From: a virus
Lineage: Duplodnaviria > Heunggongvirae > Uroviricota > Caudoviricetes
DNA length: 64,000 bases
Virus record (IMG/VR): IMGVR_UViG_3300022468_000286
Direction: 5' to 3' (one strand)
Below, piece after piece: positions 28,456 through 36,659 of the stretch. The first letter of the stretch is position 1, and each line of letters opens with the position of its first letter. The notes beneath the pieces were generated by a model that was not told the origin of the DNA, searched no databases, and saw only the letters and a list, made by a program, of their open reading frames with translations. A program made the position numbers and the translations under genes.

Positions 28456-28710
28456 TTATTCGCTTCGGACTTGCTCTGCTAGTTCAATAAAAGCTTCGGA
28501 CTTTTCGATAATCTCGTCAGTCTTAGCTTCAGCCATTGCCTTTGCAAGCTTGGCAAGCATAGTTGCATCGTATCCTGCGGACTTTGCTTCATCCTTGAGT
28601 TCCTTGATATTCTCCATGATGCTTTCGATTTCTGTGAACTCTCGCTGCATTGCACGGACGATTTCGGCTTTAGTCTTTGTTGGCTTACCTTGTGTATTTT
28701 GTGTAGTCAT
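28456..28710 (-). CDS. Small acidic helical protein
   Basis: 84 aa, Glu/Ala/Lys-rich. Confidence 0.3.
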   Translation of the reverse strand: MTTQNTQGKPTKTKAEIVRAMQREFTEIESIMENIKELKDEAKSAGYDATMLAKLAKAMAEAKTDEIIEKSEAFIELAEQVRSE

Positions 28711-28718
28711 ATTACTCC

Positions 28719-28928
28719 TTAATTACCGCTGCGAATTCCGCTGCGAACACCTTCACGGACAATGCCGACACCGATCAGTGACAGCCATGCAACCGAAAGC
28801 CAACTCCAGAAGTTCAGCGCAATCTGCAAACCGAACAAAGCATTGAGACTCAAGATTGTCAGCAGTGGACCAATACCAATCATCACAAGGATGAAAATCA
28901 AAGAAAGAACAAACATCAAATTACTCAT
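28719..28928 (-). CDS. Small membrane protein (2 TMD)
   Basis: 69 aa hydrophobic. Confidence 0.3.
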   Translation of the reverse strand: MSNLMFVLSLIFILVMIGIGPLLTILSLNALFGLQIALNFWSWLSVAWLSLIGVGIVREGVRSGIRSGN

Positions 28929-29113
28929 ACAACTCCTTTATTAAGATATTCAGCGTGCTTTTCTGCTTCAGTACGAAGGAAGTGCAGCTTAACATCCGTA
29001 TACTCTTGATTGTCAAAAACCTTCCAGTAATGATTACTGAACTTGACCGTGTAGCGTGTTTCCTTCATATTATTCCTTTCGCTTAGGCTTGTTAGCCTTG
29101 TTCCACTCAGCAT
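28925..29113 (-). CDS. Small hypothetical protein
   Basis: 62 aa. Confidence 0.25.
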   Translation of the reverse strand: MLSGTRLTSLSERNNMKETRYTVKFSNHYWKVFDNQEYTDVKLHFLRTEAEKHAEYLNKGVV

Positions 29114-29208
29114 TCTTGCGAAGACGCTCTGCAGCAGCCTTCTTTAGATTTTCATTACGTTCCTTTGCTTCAGCACGCATGGCTTCCAGCATTTCATTTT
29201 CGTTCATG
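29071..29208 (-). CDS. Small basic coiled protein (45 aa, not in ORF track)
   Basis: ATG with a strong RBS aaaggagg, encoding MNENEMLEAMRAEAKERNENLKKAAAERLRKNAEWNKANKPKRKE. Confidence 0.25.
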
Positions 29209-29239
29209 TATTCCTCCTTTATTTTCTAGAACCCTTATT

Positions 29240-29315
29240 TGGCGCGTCTGGAGGGATTCGAACCCCCGACAAGTGATGTAGAAGATCACGGCTCTATCCA
29301 CTGAGCTACAGACGC
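29240..29315 (-). tRNA. tRNA-Arg (anticodon UCU)
   Basis: 76-nt cloverleaf read by hand. It has the acceptor stem GCGTCTG/CAGACGC, D-stem GCTC/GAGC, anticodon loop CU-UCU-AC, T-loop GGTTCGAATCC, discriminator G and an encoded CCA. Confidence 0.8.
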
Positions 29316-29407
29316 ATCAATTAAAGGCTCTAGAATGAATTTTCACTAAGGGAAGCACCACTGGTACTTCCTTTAGATTTTCCTAGTCTTCCTGAGCCTC
29401 TGGTGGC

Positions 29408-30022
29408 TTAGAAGGGTGCGTCGTCTTCTTCGAATTCATCCTTGGGCTTTGCAGCAGGCTTTGCAGCTTTGCCCTTAGCCTTCGCAGGAACCTCGACGTT
29501 GTTACCTTCACCGTCATCAGCATTGTCATCATCAAATTCACTGCCGGGTTCGTAAGACGCTGTACGCTCATATTCAACCAGATCAGTGACCAGAATATTC
29601 TGCAGACGAGCATTGCTGCCGTAGTCATTATCATACCGATCAATACTGATTGTACCGTAAGAGCCATTACCTACCAGAGTAGTAGTGGTGATTTCATTCC
29701 GACCCTTATCTGTCTGCAGGTAAACCTTTGGACGATAGAGATCAGGGATAGGATTACCGTTGGCAAGCTTTTCGTTCTTACGTAGAGTAATCACGTAGAG
29801 GTTCTTTTCAGTACCCTCTGGTGGCTTGCACTTGTACTCTTTCTCAAACTCTGAACGCTTCACCTTGCGTGCTGGCTGCTTGGTAAAGATTTCAGCAAAA
29901 GCGTCTGCAGTGTCTTCATCAACAACCACACCAGCCTTGTATTCCTTACCCTTTTCCTTGTCGTAGCAAGGAATAGCCTTGTCAACGCACACATAAACGA
30001 GCATCCCTGTAAGTTTCTTCAT
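29408..30022 (-). CDS. ssb: Single-stranded DNA-binding protein
   Basis: 204 aa with an OB-fold-like N-terminal half. The C-terminal acidic tail ends DEFEEDDAPF, like the SSB DDDIPF tip. Confidence 0.6.
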   Translation of the reverse strand: MKKLTGMLVYVCVDKAIPCYDKEKGKEYKAGVVVDEDTADAFAEIFTKQPARKVKRSEFEKEYKCKPPEGTEKNLYVITLRKNEKLANGNPIPDLYRPKVYLQTDKGRNEITTTTLVGNGSYGTISIDRYDNDYGSNARLQNILVTDLVEYERTASYEPGSEFDDDNADDGEGNNVEVPAKAKGKAAKPAAKPKDEFEEDDAPF

Positions 30023-30083
30023 ATAGTACCTTTCTTTGTTATCTTAAATGTTGCATTTAGTGATTTTGCACAGGTTCACTAAC

Positions 30084-30437
30084 CTATTCTTCTTCAAGAG
30101 AAAGTCCATTCTCTCGAAAGAATTCAATATCTTCCTTGATGCGCTTTGAATTTGCGTCAGATACGATCCGAGCAGACTCGGTGCGCTTACCATCCACGTA
30201 GCGATGGCACATATCACCTTCAAGCAGAACTAGAGTAGGTTTCATTTGATAAGCCCTCGAAAATTCAACATTTTCCCACGAGAGGGCATAGGTTGTTTCG
30301 GGATTGTAATAATCTCCATCTGATACAGAGGATATAAACATACCTGTTGTCACGGCCTCTCTGATAAGCTCTTTCATAAACTCCGGGTCTTCTTTTGCAA
30401 GATCACGCAGTGCTTCTTTCAGTTCCTGTCTGTTCAT
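30084..30437 (-). CDS. Hypothetical protein
   Basis: 117 aa. Confidence 0.3.
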   Translation of the reverse strand: MNRQELKEALRDLAKEDPEFMKELIREAVTTGMFISSVSDGDYYNPETTYALSWENVEFSRAYQMKPTLVLLEGDMCHRYVDGKRTESARIVSDANSKRIKEDIEFFRENGLSLEEE

Positions 30438-30447
30438 ACTAACCCTT

Positions 30448-31395
30448 TCAGTTTTTAAAAGGAAGAATTTTACCTTCAGATAAAGCAGTATTAAACTTCG
30501 TCACGAAGCTTTCATGATAAAGGTCTTGGACCTTATCGTAGTTTTCCCAAGCATACTGCCGGAACGGACCAGAGGTAATGCTGGTGCAGACCTTTTGCAG
30601 AGCAATATCAAAAGCTCGCTTAGGGTCAGTGCCAAATGGAATTATAGCACGTTCTAGAGCAAGAACAAAGCTTTCTTCCAGAACTCCACATAACTTTACA
30701 ATTTCTGGAAGCTCTTTAAACTTCTGCATGTCACACAGAACTTGTTCGCCATCTTTAATGTAATACATGTAGGCTGGCTTGTCAAGCATTTTCACTGCTT
30801 CATGAATCGTATCATGATCGTACTTGTAAGGTACGCTGTCAGTAAAGAATTCTTTCTTGTCTGTATTAAGCTTCGGAAGGTTATTAGTGTACGTTAGTTT
30901 CTGACGCTTTGCAAGCATTAGTTGCAGTTCTGGACTTTCAGTAAATTCCCAGAATGCATCATTCTCGTTAGATTCAAAGTAAAGAATGTCGCTCCTAGTC
31001 TTTAAGAAATGCGGACAGTCTTTCTTAAACTTATGGCTGACCTTCATTAAGTATAGGATAATGACTGGCGCCATCATGGCATTCCCAAAAGATGTTGCAA
31101 TAAGGTTAGGAGAATTTTCTTTACAGTACTCATAAATCTCTTTATTACTCTCCGTAAGGCCACCTTCACCGTCAATATAAGACGCCTCGACAATCAAGGT
31201 TTCACTTTTACGTTGAACCTTGACAATACCTTTGTTCTTCTTAAATGACAACTCTTTGATTTTCCAATCCTTAGAGATAAGGAGCTTAACGCCATTCGTA
31301 AATTCTTCGGCAGTGCAAAACACATCCAAATCCCCCGATGTGCGGTACGGGAAACACGACCAGTAATTTGCTGCTACACTTCCAACTATTAGCAT
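30448..31395 (-). CDS. Pol-beta superfamily nucleotidyltransferase (function unknown)
   Basis: The N-terminal hG[GS]x9-13Dh[DE]h pattern is IVGSVAANYWSCFPYRTSGDLDVF. A candidate third acidic residue lies in VEASYIDGEG. Confidence 0.4.
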   Translation of the reverse strand: MLIVGSVAANYWSCFPYRTSGDLDVFCTAEEFTNGVKLLISKDWKIKELSFKKNKGIVKVQRKSETLIVEASYIDGEGGLTESNKEIYEYCKENSPNLIATSFGNAMMAPVIILYLMKVSHKFKKDCPHFLKTRSDILYFESNENDAFWEFTESPELQLMLAKRQKLTYTNNLPKLNTDKKEFFTDSVPYKYDHDTIHEAVKMLDKPAYMYYIKDGEQVLCDMQKFKELPEIVKLCGVLEESFVLALERAIIPFGTDPKRAFDIALQKVCTSITSGPFRQYAWENYDKVQDLYHESFVTKFNTALSEGKILPFKN

Positions 31396-31423
31396 TATAA
31401 CCCCTTTTCTCTATCAGATCAAA

Positions 31424-31621
31424 TCAACAACCACTATCTTCCCAAGAAGACTGATATTCTTCCTCTGCTTCACTTGGGAGCCAACTGTACAAAGTATTGG
31501 CATCGCTATCAGTTTGCACCTCTTGAAAACTTACACCTTCTGCTAGTGCCCAACTTTGGAACTTGTCAAAATCTTTTTTCAGAATAACTACAGCCTGATG
31601 CTCAGTACTAAAATCAATCAT
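31424..31621 (-). CDS. Small acidic protein
   Basis: 65 aa. Confidence 0.25.
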   Translation of the reverse strand: MIDFSTEHQAVVILKKDFDKFQSWALAEGVSFQEVQTDSDANTLYSWLPSEAEEEYQSSWEDSGC

Positions 31622-31633
31622 ATTATACTCCTT

Positions 31634-31834
31634 TTAAGAACAACTATCAGTACTTGTGTACCACTCGCCTGCACTCTTGCCTAACCAGCTATCATCTTCT
31701 AGAAGCAGCATGCCCATTCCATCAATGTGCAGTTCAAGCTTATGCTCCAGTGCAAAATTCACCAGTGCAATTTCTGCATTATCATAGTCTCTGCGCAGTT
31801 TATCAAACTCTACTTGGATTTCATCTTCTGTCAT
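31634..31834 (-). CDS. Small acidic protein
   Basis: 66 aa. Confidence 0.25.
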   Translation of the reverse strand: MTEDEIQVEFDKLRRDYDNAEIALVNFALEHKLELHIDGMGMLLLEDDSWLGKSAGEWYTSTDSCS

Positions 31835-31843
31835 ATTACTCCT

Positions 31844-32884
31844 TTAGAAATTGTAAGGGCTCTCGCAATCACGAATACGTGCAATGGTGCGACGACTCGT
31901 ATTGTACTTCAGAGCAAGAGAAGTCAACGATGCTCCATCATCAAGCTCACGCCGGATTGCAGGCACAGCGTCCATGATACCGTTTGCAACAGCAGATTGT
32001 ACCACAGGCGTTTCATCTTCAGTGTTATCTTCAGAAAAAACATTAGTATAGCCATCAGGCAGGGCCTGCACAGGAAGTCCACGAGAGCCTTCATTAGTCT
32101 CTAGTTCGCCTACCACTTCATACCGACTGCAACGACCCTTACTGTTATTATAATCCGAAGGGATACTAACAATATCTGCAGGATTGACCTTCACCACAAC
32201 GATACGCTCACCGCCAAAGCTGCTCAGGTATTCATAGCTGCAGAAGTGCAGACCAGTGCTGCAAGTCTGGTTACGATTATCGTTCACAAGATTCCGTGGC
32301 ATAGAAACAACAGTAACACCATTCTCGACAGTGACAAGGACTTCCTTTGTAGCACCCATTGGAGTTCCAAGCAAAGCCTTATCAGCCTCTGTAAGGAGGT
32401 TAGCAGGCTTATTCAGCACACTGCGGCTATGAACATCATAGTAGTCTTCGTTGACGCGCTTATAGGCCAAGAAGCAGCCATCTGGAGTGATAGGCAAGGA
32501 GCAAGCTTCACCAAAGCTTAGAGCTTCGTCAATGGCATGGCTTGCAGGGTTCTGCATCAGATTCTGCAGAAACTTAACCATAGGTTGAATATCCAGTTCC
32601 AGTCGCAGCATTTCAAAGATGCGGGTGCTGATCAAGCCAGTAACCTTTCGGCCACGGTAGGTGATCTCTCCGTCAGTGATTTGCACATCCTGCCCTGCAC
32701 CCTTCAGTGTACTGAGGATGTTCTGCTTTACTTCTAGTGCAGCAAGAACCTGATCTTCATCATTAGTCTTGATTGCATTCAAGACCGAAGGGAAAATCTT
32801 ACTGTCTCGGGTTACGGTATAGGTCTTGGACTTGAGGAATACCGTAATACTGGTAGCTCCAAGAATGTAATTAATTGAAATCAA
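31844..32884 (-). CDS. rIIB: rIIB-like protein
   Basis: 346 aa immediately downstream of rIIA. The central motif FLQNLMQNPASHAIDEALSFGEACSLPITPDGCFLAYKRV resembles the conserved rIIB core. The C-terminus has an HTH-like segment (SLTSLALKYNTSRRTIARI). Confidence 0.55.
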   Translation of the reverse strand: MISINYILGATSITVFLKSKTYTVTRDSKIFPSVLNAIKTNDEDQVLAALEVKQNILSTLKGAGQDVQITDGEITYRGRKVTGLISTRIFEMLRLELDIQPMVKFLQNLMQNPASHAIDEALSFGEACSLPITPDGCFLAYKRVNEDYYDVHSRSVLNKPANLLTEADKALLGTPMGATKEVLVTVENGVTVVSMPRNLVNDNRNQTCSTGLHFCSYEYLSSFGGERIVVVKVNPADIVSIPSDYNNSKGRCSRYEVVGELETNEGSRGLPVQALPDGYTNVFSEDNTEDETPVVQSAVANGIMDAVPAIRRELDDGASLTSLALKYNTSRRTIARIRDCESPYNF

Positions 32885-32895
32885 TTTACTCTCCT

Positions 32896-34971
32896 TTAAA
32901 TGTTAATTGCAGTGGCGTTAGTGAGGTGCTTATTGTACAACGTTTCTACGTAAGATGCAACAGCTTCACGGTCTTCTGTTGTGACTCCACGGAGCTTTTT
33001 AAGCAAAGGGTACTTGCTCAGGAGTTTACCCTCAATCTCTGTAATCTTGCTTACGAACTTACGTTCCTTCAGTTTAAAATCTTCCATCATATTAAGAGCC
33101 TCAGCCTCCTTGATAAGAACACTTGACGGCCCCTTCTGAGAACCTTCAAGAATCTTACCATAGAAAGTTCCAATGTCCGTGTTCGTATCCTTCAAGATTT
33201 CAGCGAACATAGAGTTAACATGTGAGAACACATGCTTGTACCTGTACTTAGAAAGTTCCTTGCGGTTTTCTACAGTATTCAACTCCTTCTTACGCTTCTG
33301 AATATACTCAGAAATCGAAAGAACGCCAGAAGGAATCTTATCCTTTTGAGACAGACGAACACCAATAAGCTTTGGCCTAGAGAAAATATTTCGAAATGCA
33401 GTCAATGCCGAAACATCATAAGAATTTACAATTGCTAGTCGATCAATCAGAATGTACACGTACTCATCTTTAATATCAGAAATCTCGTCTGTGCATTTAT
33501 CCCAGCTAGATGGATCGTAGTAGCCATTATACTCATAATACCGAGGAACCTTATACCCTTTGCGAGACTCTGGAATAGCAGAAGAAGTTGGAATCTCCAC
33601 TTCACTCAAAAGCTTAATAGGGCAATCGCCATACGCAGCCTTAATATCCTTCAGCATTTCATCAGACTTGTGCTCATCCTTGTCAAAATAAATAATAGGA
33701 ATGATCGAACCATGCTGTGACTTGCTTCGTACCAAATCCATACGGATAACAGAACGCTTAGGAGCATCATGCACCAGAATATAAGGCGTAGTCTCAGGAT
33801 TGACGGTATGTGAGCCAATGTACACATCCCAAGGCTTACTCCGAGTACCCACACGCAGTTCCTTGATCTCATACTTCAGTTGCCCTTTAGAGTCCCGTGG
33901 GAGCTTATCAGTCCTAAAGACAAAAGAGCTACTACGCACAGCCATCTTGAACATATTACTTGGTGCAAGAGCTTTAAGGATACTGTGAGAATTAATCTTC
34001 TTTACAGCTTCCCATTCAGTGCTGGCATCCTTGATCTCAGACTCTACGTGAGTCTTAAGATAGCTCATCACAGCTTCAAACTTCTTACGGATGTTCTCTA
34101 CTGTCGTAGGTGTGTACTCTACACCTTCGCGTGATGCAGTTACACCAATGTCCCCGATATTAAACTTAAGGACCAATCCGTAAGTAGATAGGTTTTTAAG
34201 TTGGTGCGCGTCAGCAGTACTCAAGGCATCAGACATTGCTGCATTATCCAAAGGATAGCCTACATTACCTTGCAGGATAATACTGTCAGTTCCGTAGGCT
34301 GCTCTCTTATTCAAAGAGAAATCTTCAGTGTCAAATGCATAGTCATTGCCGGGCCAGATAATCTGACCATTGATAACGTTAGGCTTTACTTTGAAATACT
34401 TCAATTGAGTAATTACTTCGTGGCGAACCTTCAAGAAATCTTGATTCTTAATGCCAAGCTTAATCTCAACACCATTAGGTTCATTGGTTTCCGAAGAAGC
34501 CATCAACTTGTAGTCAGGAACGCCAGAGGCAGTGATGAACATACCATAGATGCTTTTAATGCCATTGAATACGGAAGTAACGGTAAACTGATCCGTATAG
34601 CTGAATGGAGTCTTTGCACCAAGACCGAATGCACCAATGCTGTCATTGGAATTATCCTTAGTGCTTTCAAAGTAAACGGTAAAGACAGTCTTCACAGCTT
34701 CTGGAGATAGGCCAATGCCGTAGTCCTGCACAGCAAACCAAGGTTCAAAGTTATCAGGAAGATGAATCAAGAAAGGAGTATCTTGCTTGCTTACTGCTAC
34801 GTGAGCATCATAAGCATTGCAGGACAGTTCACGGACAATACTACCGATCTTGTTCTGGTACAGCGTGTCAGACAGAACCTTGAAAGCCTTGCCGTTCATA
34901 GCAATGCTGAAAGAGTTACTGCTAGAGCCACCGCTTGTAAGGACTTCGGTAGTGTTTGTATCGAGCTTCAA
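32896..34971 (-). CDS. rIIA: rIIA protein (GHKL/HATPase-like N-terminal domain)
   Basis: 691 aa. The N-terminal motifs are KAFKVLSDTLYQNKIGSIVRELSCNAYDAH and GAFGLGAKTPFSYTDQFTVTS. Confidence 0.75.
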   Translation of the reverse strand: MKLDTNTTEVLTSGGSSSNSFSIAMNGKAFKVLSDTLYQNKIGSIVRELSCNAYDAHVAVSKQDTPFLIHLPDNFEPWFAVQDYGIGLSPEAVKTVFTVYFESTKDNSNDSIGAFGLGAKTPFSYTDQFTVTSVFNGIKSIYGMFITASGVPDYKLMASSETNEPNGVEIKLGIKNQDFLKVRHEVITQLKYFKVKPNVINGQIIWPGNDYAFDTEDFSLNKRAAYGTDSIILQGNVGYPLDNAAMSDALSTADAHQLKNLSTYGLVLKFNIGDIGVTASREGVEYTPTTVENIRKKFEAVMSYLKTHVESEIKDASTEWEAVKKINSHSILKALAPSNMFKMAVRSSSFVFRTDKLPRDSKGQLKYEIKELRVGTRSKPWDVYIGSHTVNPETTPYILVHDAPKRSVIRMDLVRSKSQHGSIIPIIYFDKDEHKSDEMLKDIKAAYGDCPIKLLSEVEIPTSSAIPESRKGYKVPRYYEYNGYYDPSSWDKCTDEISDIKDEYVYILIDRLAIVNSYDVSALTAFRNIFSRPKLIGVRLSQKDKIPSGVLSISEYIQKRKKELNTVENRKELSKYRYKHVFSHVNSMFAEILKDTNTDIGTFYGKILEGSQKGPSSVLIKEAEALNMMEDFKLKERKFVSKITEIEGKLLSKYPLLKKLRGVTTEDREAVASYVETLYNKHLTNATAINI

Positions 34972-34993
34972 GATATTTCCTTTCGTTGATTTG

Positions 34994-35317
34994 TTAGATT
35001 AGATTGTATAGGTCTGGATTGAAGTTGTCAAGGATTAGGGCGTGAGAACCTTTGGTGATTTTTGTAGTCTTTTGAAGTGTTTTCTCAATCTCTTTTGGAG
35101 ACTTGTCAACCCAAACATACTTATCACCTGCATGAATATACTTTTGAAGTTTTGCTTGACCTGCATACGTGGTCTTCCCGTCAAGTATATAGCCCTTGAT
35201 GCCGTCTGGCAAGACTTCACGAACGTGATAAATATCAAAATAAGCAGTTCTTCCTTGCGCTTTAGCGTATGCAATGTAGTCATTCACCTTGATTTCTCGG
35301 TTAAGCTTATCTTTCAT
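34994..35317 (-). CDS. Hypothetical protein
   Basis: 107 aa. Confidence 0.3.
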   Translation of the reverse strand: MKDKLNREIKVNDYIAYAKAQGRTAYFDIYHVREVLPDGIKGYILDGKTTYAGQAKLQKYIHAGDKYVWVDKSPKEIEKTLQKTTKITKGSHALILDNFNPDLYNLI

Positions 35318-35318
35318 A

Positions 35319-35651
35319 TCAATCCTTGTATTTTTCTACTACATTATCTTGCCAGCCACATGCCTCGGGCTGGGGTGCTGCTGCGAGCATGGCGGTCCAC
35401 GCATCTTGAGCATCAAGATCGTCAAAATCTTTAATGACGTTGTAAGTGGCAGCACTCAACATACCTTGTGTCGGCTCAACTGGCACCAGCTTCCATCCGC
35501 TGGGCACTGCCGGGCCCTGTGCTGAGGGCTCGACAACGCGAGCGTGAAGGCGGCGCAGTTCTGCTGCCGCTTGTTTATGACACGCTCTTGTGTGGTAAGC
35601 GTCAAGTTCGTCAGCAAGCCTGATCGCTTCGGGTTGTGTAGTATTCTGCAT
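35319..35651 (-). CDS. Hypothetical protein in a GC-rich island
   Basis: 110 aa. The local GC content is clearly higher than surrounding DNA. Confidence 0.3.
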   Translation of the reverse strand: MQNTTQPEAIRLADELDAYHTRACHKQAAAELRRLHARVVEPSAQGPAVPSGWKLVPVEPTQGMLSAATYNVIKDFDDLDAQDAWTAMLAAAPQPEACGWQDNVVEKYKD

Positions 35652-35699
35652 AACTCTCCTTCAATGAATGTTAGATAGCTTATTGTAACTCTTATCAAA

Positions 35700-35879
35700 T
35701 CAATGTCCAGAGATTTTCATGCAGAACTCGTCTTTTTCTTCATCATGCCTTACATGAATCTCCGGGTTGTCTGCCTCTGCACACAAGGTTGAATTCAGTG
35801 GTCTTACAAAAGTACAATGCATATCGCCGTACTCTTGTAATTCCTTGTACAACTCAACAATCAACTCAGAGAGTAGCAT
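35700..35879 (-). CDS. Small hypothetical protein (59 aa, not in ORF track)
   Basis: Minus-strand ATG ORF encoding MLLSELIVELYKELQEYGDMHCTF... Confidence 0.15.
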   Translation of the reverse strand: MLLSELIVELYKELQEYGDMHCTFVRPLNSTLCAEADNPEIHVRHDEEKDEFCMKISGH

Positions 35880-35881
35880 GT

Positions 35882-36097
35882 TTAGGCTCGCTTGTAAATA
35901 CTATTCTGAGTCTCAAACTCCAGAACTTCGCCAGCCTCATCCAGCACAGACGAAACAACCTTAGATGTGGTAGCAGTACGGCCATTCGTTACATTCTTGG
36001 AGTCCGGATGATCCACTGGGATAACATCCGCGTATGTATCTTTAGTGCCGGGCCAAGTGAACAGTTGAGCCTTGGTAAATTTAACGATCTTCTTCAT
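35882..36097 (-). CDS. Small hypothetical protein
   Basis: 71 aa. Confidence 0.25.
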   Translation of the reverse strand: MKKIVKFTKAQLFTWPGTKDTYADVIPVDHPDSKNVTNGRTATTSKVVSSVLDEAGEVLEFETQNSIYKRA

Positions 36098-36228
36098 GAT
36101 TACTCCTTTTCAAAGATGATTTTCAAACGATTGTCAACAGGACTGTAGTGCCGACGAAGCCGATCATACACTTCTTTTGATATGATGTTCCAATGATTAG
36201 TTGGACGGAACCAGTAAGTTAGTTTCAT

Positions 36229-36516
36229 TTATTCCTCGTACACGTCGTCGTATACAATTCGGTAGCTTGGCTCTTTAATACTGTAAGAGGTTGGGTACAC
36301 CCTAACGTTACCTGTGTGACTAGAATCCCCAGCGGTACACGCCACGGGACCACCTTCACTCAACCACCAGATTTGCTGATTCGCATTTACCCAGCCATCA
36401 CGGACCTTGTACAGAACTCCGTTACTCTCTTTTCGCTTTTGAAGGTACTCTTCCAAAGACTTAATATCGTCCGTGGAGAGTTGTTCAATTTTACTAATAA
36501 CTTCAGTCAGGGACAT
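36229..36516 (-). CDS. Hypothetical protein
   Basis: 95 aa. Confidence 0.3.
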   Translation of the reverse strand: MSLTEVISKIEQLSTDDIKSLEEYLQKRKESNGVLYKVRDGWVNANQQIWWLSEGGPVACTAGDSSHTGNVRVYPTSYSIKEPSYRIVYDDVYEE

Positions 36517-36531
36517 TGTAACTCCTTTCTA

Positions 36532-36618
36532 TGGTGCAACAGGTGAGATTCGAACTCACGGTGGGATTTCTCCACTGGCTTATGAGGCCAGAGCCTGCAA
36601 CCGCACGGCGTCTGTTGC
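36532..36618 (-). tRNA. Type II (long variable arm) tRNA with anticodon CAU and discriminator A
   Basis: 87 nt read by hand. It has the acceptor GCAACAG/CTGTTGC, a 3-bp D-stem, anticodon stem CTGGC/GCCAG with loop CU-CAU-AA, a ~15-nt variable arm, T-arm GTGAG-TTCGAAT-CTCAC and an encoded ACCA. Position 8 is A. Confidence 0.6.
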
Positions 36619-36659
36619 ATGTGTGTATTGTATGACAGCACCTAAGCACTGTCAAGACA

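Noticed and set aside
29240-36618. tRNA genes as prophage integration (att) sites
   Set aside because: There is no integrase, excisionase or repressor gene nearby. The tRNAs sit inside a lytic-phage replication operon with intact 3' CCA, which is typical of phage-encoded translational helpers.
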